DNA from: an uncultured Gammaproteobacteria bacterium
GTDB lineage: Bacteria; Pseudomonadota; Gammaproteobacteria; Arenicellales; JAANXG01
Direction: 5' to 3'
Length of the DNA: 64,000 nt
Assembly: GCA_963731035.1 (NCBI GenBank)
Contig: CAVSUY010000027.1
Coordinates: 265,803-329,802 of the forward strand
Of the stretch, positions 46,273 through 55,569 are shown one piece after another. The position numbers and the translations under genes are program-made. The stretch's first letter is position 1. The number at the start of each line of letters is the position of its first letter. Below the pieces are notes generated by a model that saw nothing but the letters and a program-made list of their open reading frames with translations, had not been told where the DNA came from and made no database searches.

Positions 46273-46548
46273 TCGCCGACAACGTCGGGCTCAACACCTC
46301 GGGCAACACGACCCGGCGCCGGCCGAGCGATGACTATGGTGTAAGCTCATGATTTTGCGGGGAAAACGTATTCAAGGATATGCCATCTTTGGAATCCGCA
46401 ACCATTTGTTGGATTAACCCCTTCCACAAAACGTGCCGATTTGGATACTATGTATCCTATATGTAGAAGAAGCCATATATAGCAAGGCATGTGTGGCAGA
46501 AGTGCCGTGGGCACTCGCAAACACGGCAAAACCAAGCGGAGGACAGAT

Positions 46549-47067
46549 GTGAAAGCTCTTCAAATCGAACCGGAGAAGTGCACCGGTTGCCTACAGTGTG
46601 AAATGGCGTGCTCCTACGAGAACGAAGGTGTATTCAATCCCGCCAAATCCCGCATCAAAGTTTTCAGTTTCCATGACGAGGGCCGCTTCTCGCCGTATAC
46701 CTGCACGCAGTGCGACGAAGCCTGGTGTATGCACGCGTGCCCGGTGGAAGCCATCGCGGTCAATCAGGAGACAGGCGCCAAAGAGGTGTTCGATGATGTT
46801 TGCGTGGGATGCAAGGTCTGCACCATCGCCTGTCCATTCGGCACGGTCAACTACAATTCCTCCTCGGGCAAGGTAATCAAGTGCGATTTGTGCGGCGGTG
46901 ATCCGTGGTGTGCCAAAGCCTGCCCCACCGGGGCGATCACCTACGTCGACGCGGACAGCGGCGGCCTGGAACGCATGCGGGCCTGGGCGCAGCGGGGAAC
47001 CTCCCCGGCCAGCGCCAGCGTGAACGGGCCGGCGGAAAAAGACATCCAATCCTACAGATCGGCTTAG
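46549..47067 (+). CDS. aorA: poly-[4Fe-4S] ferredoxin-like electron-transfer subunit of aldehyde oxidoreductase (AorA-like)
   Basis: GTG start behind ggagg. There are four Cys clusters: CTGCLQCEMAC, CTQCDEAWCMHACP, CVGCKVCTIACP and CDLCGGDPWCAKACP. Confidence 0.8.
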   Translation: MKALQIEPEKCTGCLQCEMACSYENEGVFNPAKSRIKVFSFHDEGRFSPYTCTQCDEAWCMHACPVEAIAVNQETGAKEVFDDVCVGCKVCTIACPFGTVNYNSSSGKVIKCDLCGGDPWCAKACPTGAITYVDADSGGLERMRAWAQRGTSPASASVNGPAEKDIQSYRSA

Positions 47068-47084
47068 CGCCAGGGGGTTGAACC

Positions 47085-48935
47085 ATGGCTTGGACGAAGA
47101 AAGTTATGCGCGTGAACCTGACTGAGGGAAAAGTCAGCGAAGAACCCTTGAATATGGAATGGGCGCAGCAATACCTGGGGCAACGTGGCTTGGCCAGCAA
47201 GTACCTGTTCGAAGAAATCGATCCCAAATGCGATGCGCTCGGTCCGGACAACAAACTGATTTTCACTACCGGTCCCTTGACTGGCACCATGGCATCGACC
47301 GGCGGCCGTTACTCGGTCGTCACGAAAAGCCCGCTCACCGGTGCCATCGCGTGTTCAAACTCCGGCGGTTTCCTTGGCCCGGAGCTGAAGTTCGCCGGCT
47401 GGGACATGATCATTTTTGAAGGCAAATCACCCAAACCGGTGTTTCTGCTTGTTCAGAACGATCACGCCGAGCTGGTGGACGCTTCGGAGATCTGGGGCAA
47501 GTCCGTTTGGCAGGCGGACAAGATCCTGCACAAGAAATACCAGGACCCGGAGCTTCGCATCGCCTGCGTGGGGCGTTCCGCCGAGGCCGGGTGTCTTTAT
47601 GCCGGGATCATCAATGACCTGCACCGTGCGGCCGGACGCTCCGGCGTGGGGACGGTGATGGCGTCGAAGAATCTCAAGGCACTGGTCGTTCGCGGCACCA
47701 AGGGACTCGGCGGCATCAAGGACCCGATGGGTTTCCTGAAGGCCACGGAAGAAGGCAAACAAGTGTTGCGGGAAAACGCTGTTACGGGCCAGGGGCTGCC
47801 GACCTACGGGACACAGGTATTGATGAACGTCATCAATGAGTCCGGAGCCCTGCCCACGTTCAATATGCGAGAGGTGCAGTTCGATAAAGCGCACAACATC
47901 AGCGGTGAGGCGATGCATGAGCCGCGCAAGACGGATGGCCAGGCCAACCTGACCACGAATGCGGCCTGTTTCGGGTGCACCATCGCCTGCGGGCGCATCT
48001 CCACCATAGACCACAGCCATTTCACCATCGAAAACAAACCGGAGTACTGGCACAACTCCGGCGGACTCGAATACGAGGCTGCCTGGGCGATGGGAACGGA
48101 CACCGGCGTCGATGATCTCGATGCGGTGACCTATGTCAACTTCCTGTGCAATGAAGACGGATTCGATCCGATCACGTTCGGTGCAACCGTCGCGGCGGCC
48201 ATGGAGATGTACGAAGACGGCGTGATTACCGACAAGGAAACCGGCGGCGTCGAGTACAAGTTCGGTTCCGCCAAGGCCCTGCAACACGCCGCGGAGGCCG
48301 TGGCGAAGGGTGAAGGTTTCGGCAAGGACCTGGGCCTCGGCTCCAAGCGCCTGTGCGAGAAATACGGACGCCCCGAACTGTCCATGACGGTGAAAGGACA
48401 GGAGTTCCCCGCCTATGATCCACGCGGCATCCAGGGTATGGGATTGGCTTATGCCACGTCGAACCGGGGCGCCTGCCACCTGCGCGGATATACCGTTGCG
48501 TCCGAGATTCTGGGAATCCCGGAGAAGACGGATCCTCTCGTGTCGGAAGGTAAGGCCGGCCTGGTGAAAGCCTTCCAGGACGCCACTGCCGCGTTCGACT
48601 CGAGCGGTCTGTGCCTGTTCACTTCTTTTGCCTGGACCCTGGACAATGTCGCACCGCAGCTCGACACAGCCTGCGAGGGCGGCTGGACGGCCGAAAAGCT
48701 CGTGGAGGTCGGCGAGCGCATCTGGAACCTCGAGCGCGAGTTCAACCGCTTGGCGGGCCTCACCGGGAAGGACGACAATCTACCGCAACGATTGCTCAAG
48801 GATGCCGCAAAAACCGGCCCGGCCAAGGGCAAGGTCAACGAGCTCGACCATATGCTGCCGGAATACTATGAACTGCGCGGCTGGACCAAGGATGGCACGG
48901 TCACCGAGGAAACCAAGCAACGGCTTGGTTTGTAG
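47085..48935 (+). CDS. aorB: tungsten-containing aldehyde:ferredoxin oxidoreductase catalytic subunit
   Basis: 616 aa with full-length AOR-family similarity: the N-terminal RVNLTEGKV ... GGRGLASKYL-type block, GRYSVVTKSPLTG, the DxxGxC-type SGLCLF block and the CHLRGY Fe-S ligand region. Confidence 0.9.
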   Translation: MAWTKKVMRVNLTEGKVSEEPLNMEWAQQYLGQRGLASKYLFEEIDPKCDALGPDNKLIFTTGPLTGTMASTGGRYSVVTKSPLTGAIACSNSGGFLGPELKFAGWDMIIFEGKSPKPVFLLVQNDHAELVDASEIWGKSVWQADKILHKKYQDPELRIACVGRSAEAGCLYAGIINDLHRAAGRSGVGTVMASKNLKALVVRGTKGLGGIKDPMGFLKATEEGKQVLRENAVTGQGLPTYGTQVLMNVINESGALPTFNMREVQFDKAHNISGEAMHEPRKTDGQANLTTNAACFGCTIACGRISTIDHSHFTIENKPEYWHNSGGLEYEAAWAMGTDTGVDDLDAVTYVNFLCNEDGFDPITFGATVAAAMEMYEDGVITDKETGGVEYKFGSAKALQHAAEAVAKGEGFGKDLGLGSKRLCEKYGRPELSMTVKGQEFPAYDPRGIQGMGLAYATSNRGACHLRGYTVASEILGIPEKTDPLVSEGKAGLVKAFQDATAAFDSSGLCLFTSFAWTLDNVAPQLDTACEGGWTAEKLVEVGERIWNLEREFNRLAGLTGKDDNLPQRLLKDAAKTGPAKGKVNELDHMLPEYYELRGWTKDGTVTEETKQRLGL

Positions 48936-48944
48936 GGAGGAGCT

Positions 48945-50207
48945 ATGCACTACGTAGTGATTGGCGCGGGTCCGGCCGGCGTTGTGGCGGCGGAGCACCT
49001 GCGAAAATATGATCCCGCTTCGAAGGTGACCATCATCGGCGGGGAGAGCGAACCACCGTATTCGCGCATGGCCATTCCATATTATCTGGTCAAGATGATC
49101 AAGGAAGACGGTACGCATCTGAGGAAGACGTCCGGCCACTATGACCAGCTCGGCATCGGCGTCGAGCAAGGCCGCGTTACCGCGATCGACAGCAAATCCA
49201 ACTCGGTCAGCGTGGACGGCAGGTCCGTTAACTACGACAAGTTGCTGATTGCCACCGGCGCCAGCCCGATGACGCCGCCGATTCCCGGCACGGACCTCGA
49301 CGGCGTGCACAACTGTTGGGACCTGGCGGATGCCCGGGAAATCATCAAGTACTGCGAGCCCGGTAAACGCATCACTTTGATCGGCGCCGGGTTCATCGGT
49401 TGCATTATCCTCGAGGCGCTCGCGGAAAGCGGCGCCGAGGTCCACGTGGTGGAAATGGAAAACCGCATGGTGCCGCGGATGATGAACGACATGGCCGGGG
49501 GGATGATCAAGCAGTGGTGTGAAAACAAGGGCGTCCAGGTGCGCACCTCGACCCAGGTCAAAGGGATTGAAAAGAAGGGTGGAGCACTGAGCGTGTCTCT
49601 GGGCGAAGGCCGGGATATCGATACCGACCTGGTGATTACGGCCACCGGTGTTGCACCCAACATCGACTTCGCTCGGGACAGCGGAATCAATGCGGAGGTG
49701 GGAATCCTGGTCAACGAATATCTGCAGACCAGCGACAAAGACATCTACGCCGCGGGTGACTGCGCCCAGGGCCGTGACTTCTCCACCGGCGAGTTCAGCG
49801 TTCAGGCCATCCAGCCCACCGCGGTGGAACATGGCCGAATCGCCGCAAACAACATGGCGAGGGGAAACGAGCACTATCACACGGGCACCGTCAACATGAA
49901 TGTCCTGGCCACGATGGGACTGATATCCAGTTCCTTCGGCCTGTGGATGGGCATGGACGGTGGTGATGACGCCGAGCTGCTGGACCGGGACAGGTTCATG
50001 TATCTCAACCTGCAGTTCAAGGACGACGTGCTGGTGGGTGCCTCCAGTCTCGGGCTCACGGAGCACATCGGCGTCCTGCGCGGACTGATACAGTCCAAGA
50101 CCCGGTTGAAGAATTGGAAGGACAAGCTGATGGACGATCCGTCGCGCCTCATGGAAGCCTATCTCGCAAACACCCAAGCGGTAGGACATAACGCCCACGT
50201 GTTATGA
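48945..50207 (+). CDS. aorC: FAD/NAD(P)-dependent pyridine nucleotide-disulfide oxidoreductase (AorC-like)
   Basis: Two dinucleotide folds, VVIGAGPAGVVAAE and LIGAGFIGCIILE, and an AAGDCA block. Confidence 0.85.
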   Translation: MHYVVIGAGPAGVVAAEHLRKYDPASKVTIIGGESEPPYSRMAIPYYLVKMIKEDGTHLRKTSGHYDQLGIGVEQGRVTAIDSKSNSVSVDGRSVNYDKLLIATGASPMTPPIPGTDLDGVHNCWDLADAREIIKYCEPGKRITLIGAGFIGCIILEALAESGAEVHVVEMENRMVPRMMNDMAGGMIKQWCENKGVQVRTSTQVKGIEKKGGALSVSLGEGRDIDTDLVITATGVAPNIDFARDSGINAEVGILVNEYLQTSDKDIYAAGDCAQGRDFSTGEFSVQAIQPTAVEHGRIAANNMARGNEHYHTGTVNMNVLATMGLISSSFGLWMGMDGGDDAELLDRDRFMYLNLQFKDDVLVGASSLGLTEHIGVLRGLIQSKTRLKNWKDKLMDDPSRLMEAYLANTQAVGHNAHVL

Positions 50208-50455
50208 AAATAACGCTCAAGCTTTTTGCGACCTTGAGCGATAGGCTGCCGGCGAATTCCGTCGCCAACACGGTGGAAGTCGACGTGCCCGACGGCGCAA
50301 CCGCCATGCAGGTTATTGACCAGTTTCAGGTGCCCGAGGACATGGTGCACCTGGTACTGGTCAACGGTGTCTACCTGACTCCCGAGGCCCGCGGGAAGCA
50401 GGCGCTCAAACCCCGGGACGCATTGGCAATCTGGCCTCCCGTCGCCGGGGGCTGA
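50204..50455 (+). CDS. MoaD/ThiS-family sulfur-carrier protein
   Basis: 83 aa with a beta-grasp pattern and a C-terminal PPVAGG ending in Gly-Gly. It overlaps the aorC stop by 4 nt. Confidence 0.8.
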   Translation: MKITLKLFATLSDRLPANSVANTVEVDVPDGATAMQVIDQFQVPEDMVHLVLVNGVYLTPEARGKQALKPRDALAIWPPVAGG

Positions 50456-50500
50456 GCGGCTCCCGCAACCCGGAACTGCCCTGAAATTCGCGGCAGCGAC

Positions 50501-50782
50501 TTGAAGACCACGAAGGAAATGGGGGTTTCCCACGCCGAGTTCTTCTCCGTTCTGCCGCGTTTACTGGGTCAGGACGGTTACCAGGTCAGGGGGAACACCG
50601 TGGTGCACGAATACAACGGCAAACGCGTCACGTTCACGCTCGGCCCCGAAATGCAAAGAAAGATCGCCTCCATCAGCCTTCCCATTACACAAATCGAGGT
50701 TTCCCTGGACGGTTTCAGCGAGCCGGAACAAAGAGAATTCATGGAACGCTTTGATTTGCGTTTTCGGCGCGGCGGCGGTTGA
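50501..50782 (+). CDS. small conserved hypothetical protein at the end of the aor operon (AorE-like position)
   Basis: 93-aa ORF (TTG start; an alternative ATG lies at 50519) with coding-like composition and no recognisable motif. Confidence 0.45.
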   Translation: MKTTKEMGVSHAEFFSVLPRLLGQDGYQVRGNTVVHEYNGKRVTFTLGPEMQRKIASISLPITQIEVSLDGFSEPEQREFMERFDLRFRRGGG

Positions 50783-50867
50783 ACCCCGATTGATCTAAGT
50801 CCGCTTTGAGCTCAATCTCGACCAATCGGTGGCCGAAGCCGATAGAAAACCGCTAAGCGCCGCCGGG

Positions 50868-52151
50868 TCAATCCAGCAGCCCTGAGAAGCTAAGATAACT
50901 CACCCAGTCACCCTGAAGCAGTGTGGTGCCCGGTGGGATCTCGACCAGGCCGTCCGCCCATACCGCAGACGATAACACGTCGGAACTCTGATCCGGGTAG
51001 ATCCGGGCCACCGTGGCGCCCTGCGCATCCGAATACACCCGTGCGCGGACGAACTCACGCCGGGTACCCGGCTCCGGCCAGTCGAACCCGGCACGCACCC
51101 GGACCGGCGCGGGACCCGGCGGAGCTCCGGCCCCCTGCAGTGCCAACACCAACGGGCGGACAAGCAGCAGGAAGGTGACGAAGCTCGACACGGGGTTGCC
51201 GGGCAAACCGAGGAACGGAACGTCTTTCAGGCGACCGAACAGCAACGGTTTGCCGGGGCGCACGGCAATTCGCCACAGGGCGACCTCCCCGACTTGTTCC
51301 AGGGCCGTGCGGACATGATCCTCGTCCCCGACCGAGGCACCTCCGCTGGAAAGCAGCAGGTCATGGTCTTGGGCCAAGCGCTCCATGGTTTCGCAGGTGA
51401 TGTCGAGCTTGTCGGGAACAATGCCGGCGTCGCTGACCTCGGCGCCGGCGACCCGCGCCAACGCCGCAAGCAGATGGTTGTTCGCGGTGTAGCGATGACC
51501 CGGCGCCAGAGCCTGGCCGGGTAGCGCCAACTCGTCGCCCGTGGAAAACACCGCCACCCGTGGCCGTCGCCGCACCCGCAGCCCAGTCGCGCCGGTGGCG
51601 GCCGCGATGGCCACGTCCTGGGGCCGCATGCGCTGGCCGGCCGGCAGCACGGTGGCGCCGCGCGAGATATCGTGGCCGCGGGGCCGGACATGCTCCCCGA
51701 CCCGGGGCACGCGACCCAGCCGCACCTGATCACCGATGCGCTCGCATTCCTCCTGCATGATCACCGCGTCGGCGCCTTCCGGAAGCGGCGCGCCGGTGAA
51801 GATGCGCGCGGCGGTGCCGCCATGGAGCGGCTGCGAGTGATCGCCCGCACGGATCTTCTGGCTGACTTCGAGGAGCCCCGGCGCGCCGTCCGCCAGGTCC
51901 GCGCAACGAACGGCGTAGCCGTCCATGGCGCTGTTACCGAAACCGGGAACGTCGATCCCGGACACGAGGGGATCAGCCAGCACCCGTCCTAGCGACAAGT
52001 CCAGATCCACCACTTCAGTTTCGGCCAGCGGAACGACTCCGGCAAGTATGGCGGCACGTGCATCGTCCAGGCCGACCGGTGTCGAGACGGCGGCGGCATC
52101 CGTTTGGCGGGCGTCGGGACGCGTGACCATTTCAGGATCCAGGGCCGGCAT
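50868..52151 (-). CDS. moeA: molybdopterin molybdo/tungsto-transferase MoeA
   Basis: 427 aa with MoeA N, MoCF-binding (STGDEL ... SGGASVGDED) and C-terminal domains. An alternative start at 52130 would remove the overlap with the upstream ORF. Confidence 0.85.
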   Translation of the reverse strand: MPALDPEMVTRPDARQTDAAAVSTPVGLDDARAAILAGVVPLAETEVVDLDLSLGRVLADPLVSGIDVPGFGNSAMDGYAVRCADLADGAPGLLEVSQKIRAGDHSQPLHGGTAARIFTGAPLPEGADAVIMQEECERIGDQVRLGRVPRVGEHVRPRGHDISRGATVLPAGQRMRPQDVAIAAATGATGLRVRRRPRVAVFSTGDELALPGQALAPGHRYTANNHLLAALARVAGAEVSDAGIVPDKLDITCETMERLAQDHDLLLSSGGASVGDEDHVRTALEQVGEVALWRIAVRPGKPLLFGRLKDVPFLGLPGNPVSSFVTFLLLVRPLVLALQGAGAPPGPAPVRVRAGFDWPEPGTRREFVRARVYSDAQGATVARIYPDQSSDVLSSAVWADGLVEIPPGTTLLQGDWVSYLSFSGLLD

Positions 52152-52665
52152 CCGCCAGGGTCTCGTTCAAGGCTTCCCATGCCAGCAGAACGCAGCGGCG
52201 GCGTGCCGGAAACTTGCGCACCAGAGACAGGGGACGGAGCAGCTCGGGCGCGTCGTCGTCCTGGACGTCGCCATCTGCGAACCAGCGGTGCATGAAATCC
52301 GTCAGGCCACGGACTTCTTCGCGGCTTTGGCCGATGGCGGCTTCCGTCATCATCGATGCGGAGACGATACAGATGGCACAGCCTCGGCCCCGGAAGCGCA
52401 CCCGTCGCAGGGTATCGCCGTCGAAATCGACCCCGATTTCGAGATCGTCGCCGCAACGTGGATTGCGCCCCCGGTGAACCGGCCCGTACCGCCGCCGGTA
52501 ACACTCGACCACGGCGTCGATGAACGCATCGGGTTTCTGGGTGGCAGCCGCGTTGTCGAGATAGTGCAGGGACGACCCGCTCCCCTGCAGCAGGGGAAAC
52601 GCAGCCCGCAGCCGGCCGGCATCAAATCCGGCTTCGACTCGACTTTCCCGCAGGGGCCGGCTCAT
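52132..52665 (-). CDS. chimeric ORF: SufS N-terminal roughly 55 residues fused to a SufU/IscU-type scaffold core
   Basis: The N-terminal part LRAAFPLLQGSGSSLHYLDNAAATQKPDAFIDAVVECYRRRYGPVHRG parallels the E. coli SufS N-terminus. It continues directly as RNPRCGDDLEIGVDFDGDTLRRVRFRGRGCAICIVSASMMTE ... KFPARRRCVLLAWEAL, the SufU core with its three Cys. Confidence 0.7.
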   Translation of the reverse strand: MSRPLRESRVEAGFDAGRLRAAFPLLQGSGSSLHYLDNAAATQKPDAFIDAVVECYRRRYGPVHRGRNPRCGDDLEIGVDFDGDTLRRVRFRGRGCAICIVSASMMTEAAIGQSREEVRGLTDFMHRWFADGDVQDDDAPELLRPLSLVRKFPARRRCVLLAWEALNETLADAGPGS

Positions 52666-52670
52666 TTGCC

Positions 52671-53006
52671 TTAGCCGGCAGCCCGTGCCCGTGCCTCCCG
52701 GGGTTCCACCATGTCACGCAGACGCAGGCCACTGCCCCCGCGACGCAGCATCACGATCTCACTGATGATGCACAGTGCGATCTCCTCCGGGGTGCGGGCG
52801 CCAGGGTCCAGTCCCGCCTGGCAGGTGGTCGACTCGGCGCAGCCCCCGCCAACCCAACCGGCGACGATGCGTCCGTCGCCGTCGACGACCGCCTTGGAGC
52901 CGGTCTTGGCGGAAGCCGAACCGGTCGTCTCCACCACCGTCGCTACGGCATACGGCACTTTCTGCGCCCGCAACTCCGCGAGCACGTCCAATATCTCTCT
53001 TGCCAT
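52671..53006 (-). CDS. short XdhC/CoxI-family protein (N-domain joined to the extreme C-terminal motif)
   Basis: 111 aa. The XdhC_CoxI N-domain (YAVATVVETTGSASAKTGSKAVVDGDGRIVAGWVGGGCAE) is followed almost immediately by GLDPGARTPEEIALCIISEIV, which normally ends the Rossmann-like C-domain. Confidence 0.6.
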   Translation of the reverse strand: MAREILDVLAELRAQKVPYAVATVVETTGSASAKTGSKAVVDGDGRIVAGWVGGGCAESTTCQAGLDPGARTPEEIALCIISEIVMLRRGGSGLRLRDMVEPREARARAAG

Positions 53007-53283
53007 GACATACCCTCTGGCCGGGCATCCTGTGACGTATCCCGGTCGCGATCTGATTCATTGAACACATCATAACGCCTGGAACAGCCGCTGGGAAAGC
53101 GGCCCCGGACGCCGGACCCCGCGGGAAACGCCGTTTTGTCCGACGCGGTGTCCTGCTGCCCGGCACTTACACCCGCTCGATTCCCTGAACGTTCCTTCAG
53201 GCCGACACGTCGACCATCACCCATTTTTGTAGACGTGGGTCCGCTGCTGCTATCCTTTGGGTCTCGACCATCAAGGCGGCCCC

Positions 53284-54129
53284 ATGAACGCGATCTTTTA
53301 CTACGACGGCCAATGGCTGAACGAGAATCCCAGGCTTACCGGACCGATGGACCATGCTTTCTGGATGTCCACCATGGTTTTCGACGGCGCACGCGGCATC
53401 AAGGGCCTGGTTCCGGATCTCGACGCCCATTGTCGGCGACTGGGGAACTCCGCCCGCTCCATGATGCTGGAACCGACGCTGGAATCAGACGAGCTCGCCG
53501 ATCTGTGCCGGGAGGCGGTACGCCGCCTGCCCAGAGAGGCCGACTACTATATACGGCCGATGTACTTCGCCCGCGGCGGCTTCGTGGTCCCCGACCCGGA
53601 CACCACCGACTTCGTGCTGGCGGTCTATGAGAGTCCGATGCCGTCGGAGGACGGATTCTCGGCCGCAGTCTCATCCTACCGGCGCCCCGCCCGGGACATG
53701 GCACCGACCGACTCCAAGGCATCGTGCCTGTACCCGAACACCCAGCGGGCGCTCGCCGAGGCGGCGCGGCGCGGCGTGGACAACGCAGTGATCCTCGACG
53801 CGAACGGTAATGTGGCCGAATTCGCCACTGCCAACCTCTGGATCGCCAGGGGCGGTACGGCGCTGACCCCGGCGTGCAATGGCACCTTCCTGGACGGCGT
53901 CACGCGCCGGCGCGTCGTGCAACTGCTGAGCGACGCCGGCGTCGAAGTGATCGAGACGGCCTTGACCGTGAAGGACCTGAAAGAGGCGGACGAAATCTTT
54001 TCAACAGGCAACTACGGCAAGGTCATACCGGTTACTCGGTTCGAGGGCCGGGAATTGAAGCCGGGGTCCGTGTACCGGCAAGCCCGGGATCTCTACTTCG
54101 AGTTCGCCGCCGGTACCTCGGTCTTCTGA
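53284..54129 (+). CDS. class IV (branched-chain/D-amino acid) aminotransferase
   Basis: Start at MNAIFYYDGQW. The fold-type IV blocks YIRP, KASCLYPN, EFATANLW and LDGVTRR are present. Confidence 0.85.
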   Translation: MNAIFYYDGQWLNENPRLTGPMDHAFWMSTMVFDGARGIKGLVPDLDAHCRRLGNSARSMMLEPTLESDELADLCREAVRRLPREADYYIRPMYFARGGFVVPDPDTTDFVLAVYESPMPSEDGFSAAVSSYRRPARDMAPTDSKASCLYPNTQRALAEAARRGVDNAVILDANGNVAEFATANLWIARGGTALTPACNGTFLDGVTRRRVVQLLSDAGVEVIETALTVKDLKEADEIFSTGNYGKVIPVTRFEGRELKPGSVYRQARDLYFEFAAGTSVF

Positions 54130-54290
54130 CCCGGATCCGGCCCGGGGCAGGTCCGGTGCCTTCCAGCCCGGCATACCAGACGCGTACTATCGCAACAGAA
54201 GGACCAACATAAGCCGCGACCTCGAGGGTCGAAGGTTACAGCAGGCAGCAGGACGTGCCGCGCCGCGAGCAGGAAACCGCCGGCCGCCCG

Positions 54291-54650
54291 CTACCTGCAC
54301 CGGTAAACCGCGAATCTCCGACTGCCATTCTCTATGGCGGACATAGCAACGACGGTGTTGCCACCCATCTGGCCCGCCTCGTTGCGTGCCAGGGTAGCCA
54401 ACTCCCTGGCCTGCTTCTCCCGGCTGCGCTTCACGAACGCCACCTTGTCCAGAACGTGCGCGCTCGCCTCCCCCACCCGTTCGCAGTCCGCGGCTTCACC
54501 GATGTTCGCAACCCGTACCGATTTCCCGGCATCGGTCAACTTCACCCAGGTGCAGGCGCTCAACGAGGCGGCGAGAATCGTCATCGACAGCAAGGACCTG
54601 ATTATCAAGGCGGGCTCCCGTTCATGTACGGCAACTTGATTGCGGCGCAT
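54291..54650 (-). CDS. small lipoprotein (DUF4156-like)
   Basis: A LSAC lipobox is present. The C-terminal GGNTVV ... YRC pattern resembles DUF4156, as far as I recall. The start is uncertain (54650 or 54584). Confidence 0.45.
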   Translation of the reverse strand: MRRNQVAVHEREPALIIRSLLSMTILAASLSACTWVKLTDAGKSVRVANIGEAADCERVGEASAHVLDKVAFVKRSREKQARELATLARNEAGQMGGNTVVAMSAIENGSRRFAVYRCR

Positions 54651-54664
54651 CGTAAATCAACGCC

Positions 54665-55516
54665 TCAGGCGGCCGGCTCCAAGCCGTCGCTGAATGTAGT
54701 GCGGTAGAGCAGCCGCTCGTAGCCGTCGTAGTCGTTCACGGCGTAGTGCAAGGTGGTACGGTTGTCCCAGACGACCAGATCGCCGGCCCGCCATCGATGA
54801 CGGCAACAGAACTCGGGTCGCGTGGCATGGTGGTAGAGGCGGGCCAGCAACGGCGCGCTGTCCGCTTCGCTCATGCCCTCAAGGCGCGTGGCATAGATTG
54901 GATTCAGAAACAACGCCCGGGCCCCTGAAGCCGGATGGCGCCGCACCGCCGGGTGCACGCGCTCCTCGTCGGCGGCGGGGTCGCCGCGGGTCATCCTGAC
55001 CGAGGCCGCTGCGCGGGTCGCTGACGGCGGCGCGTACTTCACACCGTACGGTTTGCCGACGTGGATCACGCCCCTGCCCTCGAGTTCTTCCTTGGTGTCG
55101 TCGTCAAGGGCTTCGAAGGCGGCCACCTGGTTTGACCACAGCGTATCGCCTCCTACCGGCGGAATGGTGACGGCATTCAATACCGAGCCGGCGGGTGGCA
55201 CCGGCAGGAACGAGAAATCGGAATGCCAGTCTCCTCCGAAAACGCCCACCTTCACCTCGGCCGCGGACTTCTTAACCGCAATAACCTGTGGATCTTCATC
55301 GATGGGCACTACGTAGGGCAGTTGCATCGGCTCGCCGAACAATGTCGTTACCGCTTTCTGCTCGGCGAGGCTCAGTCGCTGCTCCGGCAGGAAGAGTACC
55401 TGGTGCCGGTACAGCACGTGGCGCAGCGCCTCCGCCAGTTCCTCGTCCAATGGGCCGGCGAGGTCCACGCCCTCTATCCGGGCACCGCAGTTGCGAGTAA
55501 TGGGCTCGACCTTCAT
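54665..55516 (-). CDS. TauD/TfdA-family Fe(II)/2-oxoglutarate dioxygenase
   Basis: WHSDFSF (HxD facial triad), GGDTLW and a C-terminal RxxH region are present. Confidence 0.85.
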   Translation of the reverse strand: MKVEPITRNCGARIEGVDLAGPLDEELAEALRHVLYRHQVLFLPEQRLSLAEQKAVTTLFGEPMQLPYVVPIDEDPQVIAVKKSAAEVKVGVFGGDWHSDFSFLPVPPAGSVLNAVTIPPVGGDTLWSNQVAAFEALDDDTKEELEGRGVIHVGKPYGVKYAPPSATRAAASVRMTRGDPAADEERVHPAVRRHPASGARALFLNPIYATRLEGMSEADSAPLLARLYHHATRPEFCCRHRWRAGDLVVWDNRTTLHYAVNDYDGYERLLYRTTFSDGLEPAA

Positions 55517-55569
55517 GAACCCCGAGCATAACAGAGTTCCGCAGCCCCGCCCGGGCGCCCTGCGGGACT

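Noticed and set aside
46480-46525. Possible sigma-54 promoter (TGGCA / GGGCAC strings) upstream of aorA
   Set aside because: Neither candidate has the TTGC element at the required 10-nt spacing from the GG dinucleotide.
48780-50198. 472-aa ORF antisense to the AorC-like flavoprotein gene; likewise 47427..48479 antisense to the AOR gene
   Set aside because: There are no family motifs, and the opposite strand carries full-length, motif-rich enzymes.
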